DNA of 64,000 bases from Candidatus Poribacteria bacterium (GTDB taxonomy: Bacteria; Poribacteria; WGA-4E; WGA-3G). The stretch spans positions 1,320,140 through 1,384,139 of the forward strand of contig OZ219753.1 of the NCBI GenBank assembly GCA_964291315.2, given 5' to 3'. The notes below the pieces were generated by a model. The model was not told the DNA's origin and did no database searches. It saw only the letters and a program-made list of their open reading frames with translations. A program made the translations under genes and the position numbers. This document shows, piece by piece, positions 1 to 10,190 of this stretch; within the stretch, counting starts at the first letter, position 1; the number at the start of each line of letters is the position of its first letter.

Positions 1-966
1 AACGTCTGGCTCAGCCAGCTTCTTGAGCGTCGTTATGCCTGCAGTCACAGCTAACGGATTGCCAGAGAGGGTCCCAGCTTGATAGACATCGCCCTCGGGG
101 GCAACACATCGCATGATGTCTCGATTTCCACCATAAGCTCCGACCGGCAAACCTCCGCCAATAATTTTCCCTAAACAGGTCATGTCTGGGGTGACGTTAT
201 AGTAAGATTGCGCGCCCCCATACGCCACGCGAAATCCGGTAATAACTTCATCAAAAATGAGTACGACACCGTGCTCTTCAGTGATCTCTCGGAGTTCCGT
301 GAGGTAGCCGTCTTTGGGCGGAACAATACCCATATTTCCCATAATGGGTTCAAGAATGAGACATGCAATTTCGCCCGGGTTAACCGCTATTGCTTCACGC
401 ACAGCATCGGCATTATTAAAGGGCACGGTGAGTGTATTTCGCGCGAAATCTTCTGGGACTCCTCCACTATCGGAGATCCCAAACGTTGCGACACCTGAGC
501 CTGCTTTTGTCAAGAGATGGTCCACATGCCCGTGATAGCATCCGTCGATTTTAATAATTTTATCCCGTCCCGTATACCCGCGAGCGACGCGAATCGCAGT
601 CATTGTCGCTTCAGTACCAGAGTTGACGAGGCGCACCTGTTCTATGGAAGGCACCGCATCGACGATGGTTTCGGCGAGTTCCGTCTCTAATGTCGTCGGG
701 GCACCAAAACTCGTACCCTTAGCCGCTGCCGAACGGACTGCGGCTACAACCTCGGGATGCGCATGCCCCAAAACCAAGGGACCCCAAGAAGCAAGATAAT
801 CAATGTACCCATTTCCATCGAGGTCATAGACTTTTGAGCCTACACCTCGGGCAATGAAACGCGGATATCTGCCCACTTTACTGAAGTTACGAACGGGGCT
901 GTTAACGCCACCGGGTATAAATTGTTGTGATTTTTGCCATGCGGCTAAGGACTTACTCGCCTCCAA
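1..966 (-). CDS. hemL: glutamate-1-semialdehyde 2,1-aminomutase (3' end runs off the window)
   Basis: This is my own minus-strand translation; the ORF is missing from the track because the stop lies outside the window. Blocks read: [78 protein letters not shown]. These are HemL/class-III aminotransferase blocks. The likely start is TTG at 966, preceded by GGAGGAAA. Confidence 0.85.
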   Translation of the reverse strand, partial: MEASKSLAAWQKSQQFIPGGVNSPVRNFSKVGRYPRFIARGVGSKVYDLDGNGYIDYLASWGPLVLGHAHPEVVAAVRSAAAKGTSFGAPTTLETELAETIVDAVPSIEQVRLVNSGTEATMTAIRVARGYTGRDKIIKIDGCYHGHVDHLLTKAGSGVATFGISDSGGVPEDFARNTLTVPFNNADAVREAIAVNPGEIACLILEPIMGNMGIVPPKDGYLTELREITEEHGVVLIFDEVITGFRVAYGGAQSYYNVTPDMTCLGKIIGGGLPVGAYGGNRDIMRCVAPEGDVYQAGTLSGNPLAVTAGITTLKKLAEPDV

Positions 967-1113
967 AACATTTCCTCCAAATTTCTATAGCCATCGGCAA
1001 CCAGCAGTCAGGCGCGTCTGTTGCAGACAGTAATCACGAGGATTCCAGCTACTCATATCCTAACTCATAACCGGCACAGCTAACGGCTTTTTTATTAATA
1101 GCTGACAGCGAAC

Positions 1114-2085
1114 TTATAACCAGTCCACAACGGACTTCGCAAAATAGGTTAGAATCATGTCTGCCCCCGCGCGTTTTATGCCAGTCAACACTTCAAGGGC
1201 AACGCGCTCCTCGTCGATCCAACCGTTTGCTGCCGCTGCTTTAATCATCGCATACTCACCACTGACGTTGTAGGCCGCAACGGGTATCTGAAATGCTGCC
1301 TTGACTTGATGAATCACATCAAGATAGGCTAGTGCAGGCTTCACCATGAGGATATCAGCACCTTCTCCGATATCGAGTGAAACTTCCCGTAACGCCTCTT
1401 CCACATTCCCTGGATCCATCTGATACGTACGCCGGTCTCCGAATTGTGGCGTAGATTCAGCTGCTGCACGAAAGGGACCGTAAAAACCCGAGGCGTATTT
1501 AGCAGAATACGCCATGATCGGTATCTTTTGGTATCCATTTTCATCCAACGCTGTGCGAATAGCCCCAACGCGCCCATCCATCATGTCTGACGGCGCAATC
1601 ACATCCGCACCCGCACGCGCGTGCGAAAGACTCGCTTTCACAAGAAGGTCAAGCGTCTGATCGTTGTGGACTTCACCGGCTTCAACAACCCCACAATGCC
1701 CGTGGTCTGTGTATTCACAGAGGCAAACGTCAGTCATCACCAACAGGTCAGGCTCGCTATCTTTAATGGCTCGAACCGCTTGTTGAATGATGCCATCCTC
1801 GGCATAAGCTGCTAAACCGAAAGGGTCTTTTGATGCCGGAATTCCGAACAAGATTGTCCCTGGAATTCCAACTGCAGCAAGCTCTTTCGCAGCTCTGATG
1901 AGCGTATCAATTGAGTACTGGTAACACCCAGGCATTGCGGAAATTTCAGTTGCAGTGCCGCGCCCGGGAACCACGAACATCGGATAGATAAGGTCGCTAG
2001 CGGAAAGCGTTGTTTCGCGAACCAGTCGCCTCAGATTTTCATTCGCGCGAAGCCGCCTTGGGCGATAGACAGGAAAGGTACTCAT
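1114..2085 (-). CDS. hemB: porphobilinogen synthase (delta-aminolevulinate dehydratase)
   Basis: 323-aa ORF. Blocks read: [52 protein letters not shown]. These are classic ALAD blocks. The gene lies directly upstream of hemL on the same strand. Confidence 0.93.
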   Translation of the reverse strand: MSTFPVYRPRRLRANENLRRLVRETTLSASDLIYPMFVVPGRGTATEISAMPGCYQYSIDTLIRAAKELAAVGIPGTILFGIPASKDPFGLAAYAEDGIIQQAVRAIKDSEPDLLVMTDVCLCEYTDHGHCGVVEAGEVHNDQTLDLLVKASLSHARAGADVIAPSDMMDGRVGAIRTALDENGYQKIPIMAYSAKYASGFYGPFRAAAESTPQFGDRRTYQMDPGNVEEALREVSLDIGEGADILMVKPALAYLDVIHQVKAAFQIPVAAYNVSGEYAMIKAAAANGWIDEERVALEVLTGIKRAGADMILTYFAKSVVDWL

Positions 2086-3002
2086 TCGCTCTCCGAACCG
2101 GATTTGATTTCATAACGGATCAACTCAAATTCTTTCTCTTCGGGGGGCTCTAACCCGATTGCCTCCGCGGCTTCGTCTTGATGGTGTTCCTGTGTAAGCT
2201 TAACAATACCAACATTCGGAGCCAACCAGAGCGTTGTAACTGATATGCCCTTTTGTTCTTGCACTCCCGGCTGTTGTGGAATTTCCGCGGAGAGAGCTGT
2301 TTCACTTGATACGTCTGTCCGGTACTCAACCACCAAACACTCCTCGAAAGTACCGGCATCTGTTTCTACAGTTTCTGTGCCTGTGATCTTCCCGATTTCT
2401 ACATAATTTGTGTAGGTTGTCGCCGTTTGCGTCGAACCCCCGGGGAATTCTATGCCGCTTCCGCTGATATTGATAGTCATAGTCACCGTAACATTTGCTT
2501 CAAGCGCCGTCCATTCTTCATCAAAAGTACCAGGGGTCGGCAGGAAATAGAAGTAGTCTTGCGAGGCTACATCGAGCTCATAATCTATGTCAAATGAGAT
2601 GTCAAACCCTGCGGGGGCCTGTGCCTGCATTTGCTGACGCATGAAGACCAACGCTTCATCCATCTGCTCTGTCTGGACCGCCTTAGTCGAGTTTTGCACC
2701 TCCTCCCCGACGAAGAACGCCACCCAGTCATCCCCGACTTGATAGTAATACGGATGCATATGATGCTCAAAGTCCGCCCAATTCTCTAAACTGGGCTCAT
2801 AACTGAAGGCCCGATAGGTGTCGCCCTCAATATTTGTTGTTTCTATAGCATACCGCGTCAACTCTTCGCCGTTTTGGTCTTCGTAAACCCAGTAACTTCC
2901 TAGAGTATCTGGGAAATAGTAATTTGCCCATTCGTTGCTCATTAACGCCCCGCTACAACTGAAGACGAGTAAAAGTATCAGAATAGACCGAATTTTTCTC
3001 AC
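2082..3002 (-). CDS. hypothetical lipoprotein
   Basis: 306-aa ORF with a signal peptide and lipobox (LLLVFSC/SG). Its stop overlaps the hemB start by 4 nt. No family recognised. Confidence 0.5.
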   Translation of the reverse strand: MRKIRSILILLLVFSCSGALMSNEWANYYFPDTLGSYWVYEDQNGEELTRYAIETTNIEGDTYRAFSYEPSLENWADFEHHMHPYYYQVGDDWVAFFVGEEVQNSTKAVQTEQMDEALVFMRQQMQAQAPAGFDISFDIDYELDVASQDYFYFLPTPGTFDEEWTALEANVTVTMTINISGSGIEFPGGSTQTATTYTNYVEIGKITGTETVETDAGTFEECLVVEYRTDVSSETALSAEIPQQPGVQEQKGISVTTLWLAPNVGIVKLTQEHHQDEAAEAIGLEPPEEKEFELIRYEIKSGSESE

Positions 3003-3114
3003 AGTAATATTCCTCCATTTTTTTATTTTTCCAACTCTCTACCTAAATATTATATAGAATTCTCTTGGAAACCGCAACGGAAACGTAACGCGTTCCGGGC
3101 ATCCCAAAAAGGGC

Positions 3115-4200
3115 TTAACGTTTCTCGTATTCAAAAGGGAAATAGATAGGGGCCCCCTCATTTGCCCATGAACGCGCCATAGCAACATCAATTTCGCGGT
3201 CTTTCCGCCCGTTGTATGCGCCATATTCGGGCTCTGTATCGTTGCGAACCGCATTGACGAGGCTCATTAATTCCGATGCAACGCTGATCTCGCCATCACT
3301 GAGCGGATAATTTTGTAACGGGTTCTCCCAAACAACTTTAGGTTTGGTATCCGCCACAAGCGCAGCCAATGTTTCGTATCCATCAACCCTATTCGTTTTA
3401 CGAGCAATATGAATTGGACGCTGGGCATCAGCGGTGCCGTTCAAGATGACTGCCTCATTTCGGAAACACATCCCGCGCTCTGCATAGAATTTTGAACCGT
3501 TAAATCCACGGAGGGGAGAGCCATAAGATAGGCTACTAAAATTGAAAATACCAAACGCACCATCTTTAAACTCAATTACAGCATGCTGCCAGTCCTCAGT
3601 GTTGCGCTCAGGCTGCCCCTGCCGCCAGATGTGATTCTGAACGTTATACTGTCTTCGGAAACCGTGAACTTGCACGGGTTCATTTTCGAAACCGAGGTAG
3701 CTGCGGATAAGTCCGATACCGTGGTACCCGTGCCCCCGAAAGTCGTTATAAGCCACATTGACTCTGCCGAAAACCCCTTCAAGAATCATTTCTCGTTTGA
3801 TGCGTTCGGTAGGAACACGGTAGTAGTTTTCGTTGACTTCCAACTTCGCGCCGTTGGTTTGTGCAGACGTAATCATCTTGTCTGCCCATCCCAGATCTGT
3901 GTCGATGGGCGTTTCAGTGCAATAACTGACTCCACGTTCGGAGCAGAGGAGGCCGGGAATATGATTATTACTAGGCGTAATGACGATTGCACAAATGTCA
4001 GGTTTCACACTATCCAACATGTGCTCAGTATCAGTGTAAGCCGGGACATTGTACTTTTCGGCTTGTTCCGTGGCGCTCTCTTCACGTTGATCGCAAACTG
4101 CAACCAATTCAAGATCGTCTGTCAACTTTGAGATAATTGGCAGATAGGTTCCGCTCCCGCGCCTGCCTGTACCGATATGTGTGATTTTGAGTCTCTCCAC
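3115..4200 (-). CDS. Gfo/Idh/MocA family oxidoreductase
   Basis: 361-aa ORF. It has an N-terminal Rossmann segment (KITHIGTGRRGSG...VAVCD) and the overall layout of Gfo/Idh/MocA dehydrogenases. Confidence 0.7.
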   Translation of the reverse strand: MERLKITHIGTGRRGSGTYLPIISKLTDDLELVAVCDQREESATEQAEKYNVPAYTDTEHMLDSVKPDICAIVITPSNNHIPGLLCSERGVSYCTETPIDTDLGWADKMITSAQTNGAKLEVNENYYRVPTERIKREMILEGVFGRVNVAYNDFRGHGYHGIGLIRSYLGFENEPVQVHGFRRQYNVQNHIWRQGQPERNTEDWQHAVIEFKDGAFGIFNFSSLSYGSPLRGFNGSKFYAERGMCFRNEAVILNGTADAQRPIHIARKTNRVDGYETLAALVADTKPKVVWENPLQNYPLSDGEISVASELMSLVNAVRNDTEPEYGAYNGRKDREIDVAMARSWANEGAPIYFPFEYEKR

Positions 4201-4240
4201 GCTTCTCTCCTCCGCCTGTGTTGATAGAGCTCTACGGGTG

Positions 4241-4726
4241 TCATTCTACCCAGAAGATATGGCTACGTTCAAAGAGATCATCCAGATAAATTTCCACGAA
4301 CCACTCCCCGGTAGTATCCGGTAAGTCTATGTAGAACCAAGTGATTTTATCCCCAGTCGTTGAGGTGAGCCTCTTTTTTTCGGTCCAGAACGGTGGATCC
4401 TCTACGTCCTCATCTGGCGAGAACCACGAAACCTCAACGACGTGTTCTTCTATGATATTATCCCACAGAATCCATAAAAACACTTGTTCATTGACATCGG
4501 CAGCAAACGTCGTCGTGATACCGTCGGGTCTATCATCAAAGACGCTAATTGCGAGAGCAGAATCAACGATGGTTGGTTCATCACGGCCGACATCCATAAA
4601 ACCGCTGCCACCAGAGGGGGTTTCACTACAACCGCTTAACACAACCGTCAAACATAACAGAGCGATCCCTAATACGGAATATAGGTTTGTGTGCAGTGTC
4701 TTGATAAAAACGCGTATCTGATACAT
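4241..4726 (-). CDS. hypothetical lipoprotein
   Basis: I chose the internal ATG at 4726 (MYQIRVF...) because GGAGAG lies upstream of it. The protein has a signal peptide ending in the lipobox LSGC. No family recognised. Confidence 0.45.
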   Translation of the reverse strand: MYQIRVFIKTLHTNLYSVLGIALLCLTVVLSGCSETPSGGSGFMDVGRDEPTIVDSALAISVFDDRPDGITTTFAADVNEQVFLWILWDNIIEEHVVEVSWFSPDEDVEDPPFWTEKKRLTSTTGDKITWFYIDLPDTTGEWFVEIYLDDLFERSHIFWVE

Positions 4727-4961
4727 GAGTTTCTCTCCTCTTGCCGGACAAAAGATACCCGGGCCAATTAATTGGGCATAAATCCTAACCGCTATTATAT
4801 CAAGTATCAGATTTTTTGTCAAAGAAAATCGTTCGATCCATTCTACCTCAGTTTTCCGTTGACATATCCAGCTTCCAATGATAGATTAGGTCTCTATAAT
4901 CCAGGCGGTAGACTATCAGATTGATACCGCAATAAGAGACAGCATAGTATGGGGAAAAACT

Positions 4962-6395
4962 GTGGAGATCTATAATTTAACCATCATCGGTGGCGGAAGC
5001 GCTGGGCTAGTGCTTGCAGTAGCAGGCGCAAAGTTAGGCAAAAAAACCGCCCTCGTAGAAAAACACCGCATCGGAGGCGATTGCCTCTGGACCGGGTGCG
5101 TACCGTCCAAAGCACTTCTCAAAGCAGCGAAAGTCGCAAATTACATCCGAAATGCAGAAAGATACGGCGTTGCTGCCATAGACCCTACGACTACTGCCGC
5201 CGATTGGCAGCAGGTGATGACGTATATACAAAGCGCACAACACACCATAGAAGAAGAACACGATAACCCCGAACGGTTTCGAGAACTAGGCATCGATGTT
5301 ATCTTCGGAAAAGGGCATTTTGAATCAGATGACACCTTCGTCGTCGAAGACGCAGAGAACGGCATGACACGTACCCTCAAAAGCAAAAAGTTTGTGATTA
5401 GCACCGGCTCTCGCCCACTCGTCCCGCCAATACCCGGATTGAACAGTTGTGAGTATCTCGATAGCGAAACAGTTTGGGAATTAGATGAACGCCCGAATCG
5501 GATGCTCGTTGTCGGCGCAGGGCCGATCGGTGTCGAACTTGGACAAGCTTTTCATCGCCTCGGCGCTGATGTAACAATAGCACAACGCAGCAGCCGCATC
5601 TTGACAAAGGAGGACGCGGAGGTCTCTGAACAGATGCTACGCTACCTTCGAGCAGACGGCCTCACTATCCGACTCAACACAAATATAACGGAGGTTAGGC
5701 AAAACGGAGAAGGCACAAAGGTGATGCTCACCAGTCCGGAGGAAGGCAGTGTAGAACAGACATTCGATAAAATTCTAATCGCTGCAGGACGTGCACCAAA
5801 CGTTGAGGACTTAGAACTTGACAGAATCGGCGTACGGTTAGGCAAACGCGGGATAGAAGTGAATAGTAGACTGCAGACGAGCGTTAAAAATATCTATGCC
5901 GCCGGTGATGTAATTGGACACTATTTGTTCACGCATGTTGCAGCGTTCCAAGCACAACTACTCCTCCGAAACATCTTCTTTCCGTTCGCCAGAGCGATTA
6001 ACTATGCAGTTGTACCCTGGACGACTTTCTCTGATCCAGAAGTGGCCCGCTGTGGTTTAACAGAGGCAGAAGCACGTGAGAAACATGGCGACATCGACGT
6101 TTTTACGCTCAACCAAGCAGACGTTGACAGAGCCGTCGCTGAAGGGGAAACACAAGGCTTCACGAAGGTGATCGCGAGTCGCTGGCGCGGAAAGATATTA
6201 GGGGTTCATATTGTCGGCACCAATGCCGGCGAGGTTATCCACGAGTACGTTTTGGCGATGCAAACAGGAACCACTTTGAGAAAATTAAGTCGTATGATCC
6301 ACGTCTACCCCACATTTTCTAGCAGCGCGTGGCGTATCGCAGGCAAATGGTTCTCCGAAGGAACGTTGATTCAAACGCTGCGAAAATTGTTCTAA
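4962..6395 (+). CDS. class-I pyridine nucleotide-disulfide oxidoreductase (dihydrolipoyl dehydrogenase/mercuric-reductase-like family)
   Basis: 477 aa with a GTG start. It has an FAD motif (IIGGGSAG), a redox-active disulfide (GGDCLWTGCVPSK), an NAD motif (VVGAGPIGVELG) and a C-terminal dimerisation region. There is no NmerA domain and no C-terminal Cys pair, so it is not called merA. Confidence 0.75.
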   Translation: MEIYNLTIIGGGSAGLVLAVAGAKLGKKTALVEKHRIGGDCLWTGCVPSKALLKAAKVANYIRNAERYGVAAIDPTTTAADWQQVMTYIQSAQHTIEEEHDNPERFRELGIDVIFGKGHFESDDTFVVEDAENGMTRTLKSKKFVISTGSRPLVPPIPGLNSCEYLDSETVWELDERPNRMLVVGAGPIGVELGQAFHRLGADVTIAQRSSRILTKEDAEVSEQMLRYLRADGLTIRLNTNITEVRQNGEGTKVMLTSPEEGSVEQTFDKILIAAGRAPNVEDLELDRIGVRLGKRGIEVNSRLQTSVKNIYAAGDVIGHYLFTHVAAFQAQLLLRNIFFPFARAINYAVVPWTTFSDPEVARCGLTEAEAREKHGDIDVFTLNQADVDRAVAEGETQGFTKVIASRWRGKILGVHIVGTNAGEVIHEYVLAMQTGTTLRKLSRMIHVYPTFSSSAWRIAGKWFSEGTLIQTLRKLF

Positions 6396-6682
6396 TCGGA
6401 TTAAGTGGTCACTATTCATTATCCATCAAAGAAAAAAAGCCGGAAACCATGTTCCCCGTTAGTTCAAAACGGCTCAGAGTCCTAACCTAACTCACGCAAC
6501 AGAGGTTTGACAGCTGCACCTTTTAGGAATATGGCTCCAGCTTGCCTAAGGAGGCTCACGGAAAAATAAAGCAAATGTCGTGCCACCCCAAAATAACTAT
6601 TTTGAGCGATTTACCGGATAAAAGTGCCTGTTTTTCGAACAAGTTCGAACAAATATGACTAAAAAATAGGCAGCTGTCTGCT

Positions 6683-8140
6683 TTAACCCTTCACAACCCC
6701 GACAGGGCGGAGGCGCGCTACACGACGCGAGAGACCGGCTTCGTCAACAACGCGAACCACTTCATCGACATCCTTGTATGCTTCTGGGACTTCTTCCTGA
6801 AGCGTGCGCCTGCCTTCAGCGCGCACATAGATACCTTGCGCCTCCAAATCCTTCTGAATGGAACGACCCTTTGTCAACGCGATCGCCTTTCGCCGGGAGA
6901 GAACTCTGCCCGCACCGTGACAGGTTGTCCCCCACGTCTCTGCCATCGCGCCGGGCTTACCGACAAGCACATAAGAGGCAGTGCCCATATCGCCAGGAAT
7001 CAGAACAGGTTGTCCAATTTTCTGGTATTTTTCGGGTATCTCTGGATGCCCCGCCGGAAATGCACGCGTTGCCCCTTTGCGATGGATAAATAACTCCCGT
7101 TCTTCTCCATCTACCGTGTGTTTTTCAAACTTCCCAATATTGTGGGCTACATCGTAGACCAGCTCTAAACCGAGCTCATCCGCTGTCGTTCCGAAAAACT
7201 GCATGAAGGTCTGGCGCACAAGGTGCATGATGCACTGCCGATTGTTCCATGCATAGTTCGCACCACACGCCATCGCAGCGATGTAGTCTTGTCCCTCAGG
7301 TGAATTGATTGGCGCTGAGGCAAGCTGCCGGTCGGGGAGAGTGATGCCGTATCTTTCAGCAACTTTAATCCAGCTTTTAACGTGTTCATCGCAAACCTGG
7401 TAACCGAAGCCACGCGAACCGGTATGAATCATCACACAGATGCTGCCCTCGCTGAGCCCCATCGCGTTAGCAGCTTCTCGGTAAAAAACGCGATCCACCG
7501 CTTGCACTTCAAGAAAGTGGTTACCCGACCCGAGCGTTCCGAGCTGATTCTTACCACGTTCTAAGGCGCGCCGGCTCGCAGCAGCGGCATCGGCGTGGTC
7601 TAGAAAACCTGTCGCCTCGGTAAAGTCGAGGTCACCGGCGTGTCCGTATTCACGCTCGATCGCCCACAGCGCACCTTTCTCTAACATCTGTCGTTCTTCT
7701 TGAAGGGTGAGCCGAATGTTGCCGCTTGAACCCACACCACACGGGATATTCTCAAACAGCTTGCCGACGAGTTCCCCGCGCTTCCCTTCAAGCTGCGAAA
7801 CATCAAGATTCGTTCGAATGAGTCGAACCCCGCAGTTGATGTCATACCCAATCCCGCCCGGAGAGACCACACCATCCGCTTGAGGATCTGTGGCAGCGAC
7901 ACCGCCGATAACGAACCCGTAACCCCAGTGCAAATCTGGCATCGCAAGCGAATGCTTGACAATACCCGGGAGATGCGCAACGTTCGCAACCTGCTGCAAC
8001 GCCTCGTCACTTTTTGCATGCTCAAGAAGCTTCTCGTTCGCATAGACAATACCATCAACCCGCATGCCCTTCATGTAGCTCTTCGGGATACGCCAACGGT
8101 ATTCGTCCAGCTTTTGGAGTGTTATGTTTTGTTGTGTCAT
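6683..8140 (-). CDS. rtcB: RNA-splicing ligase RtcB
   Basis: The ORF is full-length RtcB-like. Blocks read: VANVAHLPGIV, MPDLHWGYGF, GGIGYDINCG, GSGNHFLE, HTGSRGFG, HNI, CHGAGR. I used the ATG at 8140; an in-frame TTG at 8155 is the alternative start. Confidence 0.9.
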   Translation of the reverse strand: MTQQNITLQKLDEYRWRIPKSYMKGMRVDGIVYANEKLLEHAKSDEALQQVANVAHLPGIVKHSLAMPDLHWGYGFVIGGVAATDPQADGVVSPGGIGYDINCGVRLIRTNLDVSQLEGKRGELVGKLFENIPCGVGSSGNIRLTLQEERQMLEKGALWAIEREYGHAGDLDFTEATGFLDHADAAAASRRALERGKNQLGTLGSGNHFLEVQAVDRVFYREAANAMGLSEGSICVMIHTGSRGFGYQVCDEHVKSWIKVAERYGITLPDRQLASAPINSPEGQDYIAAMACGANYAWNNRQCIMHLVRQTFMQFFGTTADELGLELVYDVAHNIGKFEKHTVDGEERELFIHRKGATRAFPAGHPEIPEKYQKIGQPVLIPGDMGTASYVLVGKPGAMAETWGTTCHGAGRVLSRRKAIALTKGRSIQKDLEAQGIYVRAEGRRTLQEEVPEAYKDVDEVVRVVDEAGLSRRVARLRPVGVVKG

Positions 8141-8247
8141 ACCGCTATTATACAATATTTCTCACTATTAAGGTAACACATTCGCGTGAATAGCAGAATT
8201 ACCTAGAAACAAATCAGTATTCAGTATAGCGAGGCGGATAAAAAAAC

Positions 8248-8277
8248 TTGACACCGGCTGTCCATATTTCCTACAAT
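8248..8277 (+). promoter_or_regulatory. candidate sigma70 promoter upstream of the methyltransferase gene
   Basis: TTGACA (8248-8253), an 18-nt spacer, then TACAAT (8272-8277). Confidence 0.4.
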
Positions 8278-8431
8278 TGACAGACAGCTGATGCTAACTA
8301 AAAAATGGATACCCTAACTTGGATTAAAAGTATAACAAGGATCCTTAATTTTTGCGAAGAAATTTGAGACGACGCTTTAAATAGGACAATAGCTTTCACA
8401 TTTGCTACAGATGCCCGGGACCTAAAAACAG

Positions 8432-9864
8432 ATGACTCTATCGAATAGGACATTAATACGCGGCGATAATCTACAGGCAATGCGGGAGTTCTCCGATATT
8501 TGTATCGACTTGATCGCTACCGACCCGCCCTTCAACTCCAAACGAGACTACTTCTTGCCATACAGAGCCGAGAAAGGTCAAAAATCTGATGCCCTCGTCA
8601 AAGCGTTTTCAGATACATGGACATGGGGATCGGAAGCAGAGAGCACCTATCAAGAACTACTCATCGATGCCGAGGAACAGGTCAGCAGCACGATTCAAGG
8701 CCTACGCCAATGCCTCAACGAAATACCTATGATGGCATACCTAGTTATGATGACGGTACGCATTGTAGAAATGCATCGCATTCTCAAGGAAACCGGCAGT
8801 CTTTACCTGCATTGTGATCCTACGGCAAGCCACTACCTCAAAATCATACTCGATGCCGTGTTCGGTACACAGAATTTTAAAAATGAAATTGTGTGGCATT
8901 ACAAACGGTGGACAGCCGCTTCTAGACATTTTCAAAAAATGCACGATGTGATCTTCTGGTATTCTAAAACGGACGCTCATACCTTTACACAACCGCTGCA
9001 ACCTTTTTCTGATGAATCATATATCGAAAACACAGTGCGCGGTTTTGTCGACGGTAAACTGGTCCGATTAAAGCACAAAGACGGCAACTACGTCTTGCGC
9101 AAAACCCAAAAAGAGGGGTCTTGATGCACGATGTCTGGCATGACATCAACTTTATCCCGCCCTCAAGCACGGAACGGGCAGGCTACCCTACACAGAAACC
9201 TGTCGAACTTTACAAACGCATTATACAAGCGTCCTCAAATGCGGGTGATCGGGTCTTAGACCCATTTACAGGTTGCGGGACAACGGCCATCGCAGCAGAA
9301 AGCTTGAATCGTCAATGGATAGGTATAGACCGCACCTACCTTGCCGTCGGGACTGTCGCCCAACAAATAGAGAAATACTTTCCGCACCTCCGTGACGACA
9401 TCACTATTACCGGAACACCTGAAAACGCCCCTCAAGCGTTAGACCTAGCACACAGAAACCCACAAGACTTCGCGGAATGGATTGTCACGCACGTATTGAA
9501 ATTTAAATCGAATGCTAAGAAAGGTGGCGATGGCGGTATAGACGGTATCCTAAGATTCCCAATCGGTAAAGTCAACGGGAGACGAGCGTTCGGGAAAGCG
9601 GTGGCACAAGTCAAGGGCGGTCAATACACGCTTGGAGATCTCCGCGATTTTAGAACAGCTATGCGAAATCAAGAAGCTGAATTAGGAGTCTTTGTCGCTA
9701 CAACACCGCCCACGCGCGGCATGAAACAGGAAATCGCACGCGCAGGACGCTATAAGCATCCTAAATATAAAATGGAAATACCGAGCTTGCAACACTATCA
9801 GATACAAGACTATTTCACCGGTAAACTGCCGCAATTGCCTCACGCTGAGAGGAACCTCTTATAG
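8432..9864 (+). pseudogene. beta-class N6/N4 DNA methyltransferase fused to a C-terminal Mrr-type (PD-(D/E)xK) nuclease domain, split by a frameshift
   Basis: ORF 8432-9124 carries motif IV (IATDPPFN). ORF 9121-9864 is in the -1 frame and carries DVWHDI, ERAGYPTQKP and motif I (VLDPFTGCGTT), followed by GGDGGIDGIL...VAQVKGG...GVFVATT, which is Mrr_cat-like. The second frame is open from 9058. One extra G in the GGGG run at 9115-9118 would fuse the two parts as ...KEGVLMHDVW. Confidence 0.75.
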
Positions 9865-9920
9865 AAGATGTGTGGAAGATGTGCAGCGGAACCCTAAGAC
9901 GGGATCAGTCGGAAAACCTT

Positions 9921-9955
9921 ATCATTTTTTCTATACCGCCGATGCGTCCATTTAC
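9921..9955. repeat. 35-bp copy (33/35 identical) of part of the 15660-16130 gene (partner at 15814-15848)
   Basis: atcattttttctataccgccgatgcgtccatttac matches atcattttttctataccaccgatgcgttcatttac. On the minus strand it encodes VNGRIGGIEKM, against VNERIGGIEKM in the intact gene. Confidence 0.7.
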
Positions 9956-10190
9956 AACGTACGGACACCTCTGGCGGATATTTTTTTTACCTATAACGTG
10001 AGTTTGAAAAAAGAGTGAGCAGGCCCTTTTGTAGCAGAACGGTTTCGGTTCCTCTGCGAGGGGCTTGTAGCATAGACTGTCAGTTTCCTGTACCTCTTCG
10101 GCGCTTCTCACACCACCTGTTAGGCTGTGCAAGTACTCTCACTATCCACAGCTGATCTCAGCAATTATCAAGCCAGCGTTACGTATATGA

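Noticed and set aside
6396-6682. 287-nt intergenic gap examined for a small RNA, tRNA or terminator; it contains the direct repeat ttcgaacaa-g-ttcgaacaa at about 6638-6656
   Set aside because: There is no tRNA-like cloverleaf, no tmRNA, RNase P or SRP signature, and only 4-bp stems near the rtcB stop. The evidence is insufficient to call a feature.
9866-9890. Repeated gaagatgtg 9-mer (twice at 9866-9888, and once in each STAS upstream arm near 20887 and 24188)
   Set aside because: Two of the four copies are simply the inverted duplication, and the remainder is too short and too infrequent to separate from chance.
9905-10132. 75-aa minus-strand ORF between the methyltransferase gene and the Uma2 array
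   Set aside because: Only its last ~11 codons resemble anything, namely the heptad protein. The rest spans intergenic repeat motifs and has no start context. It is treated as a gene fragment, not a CDS.
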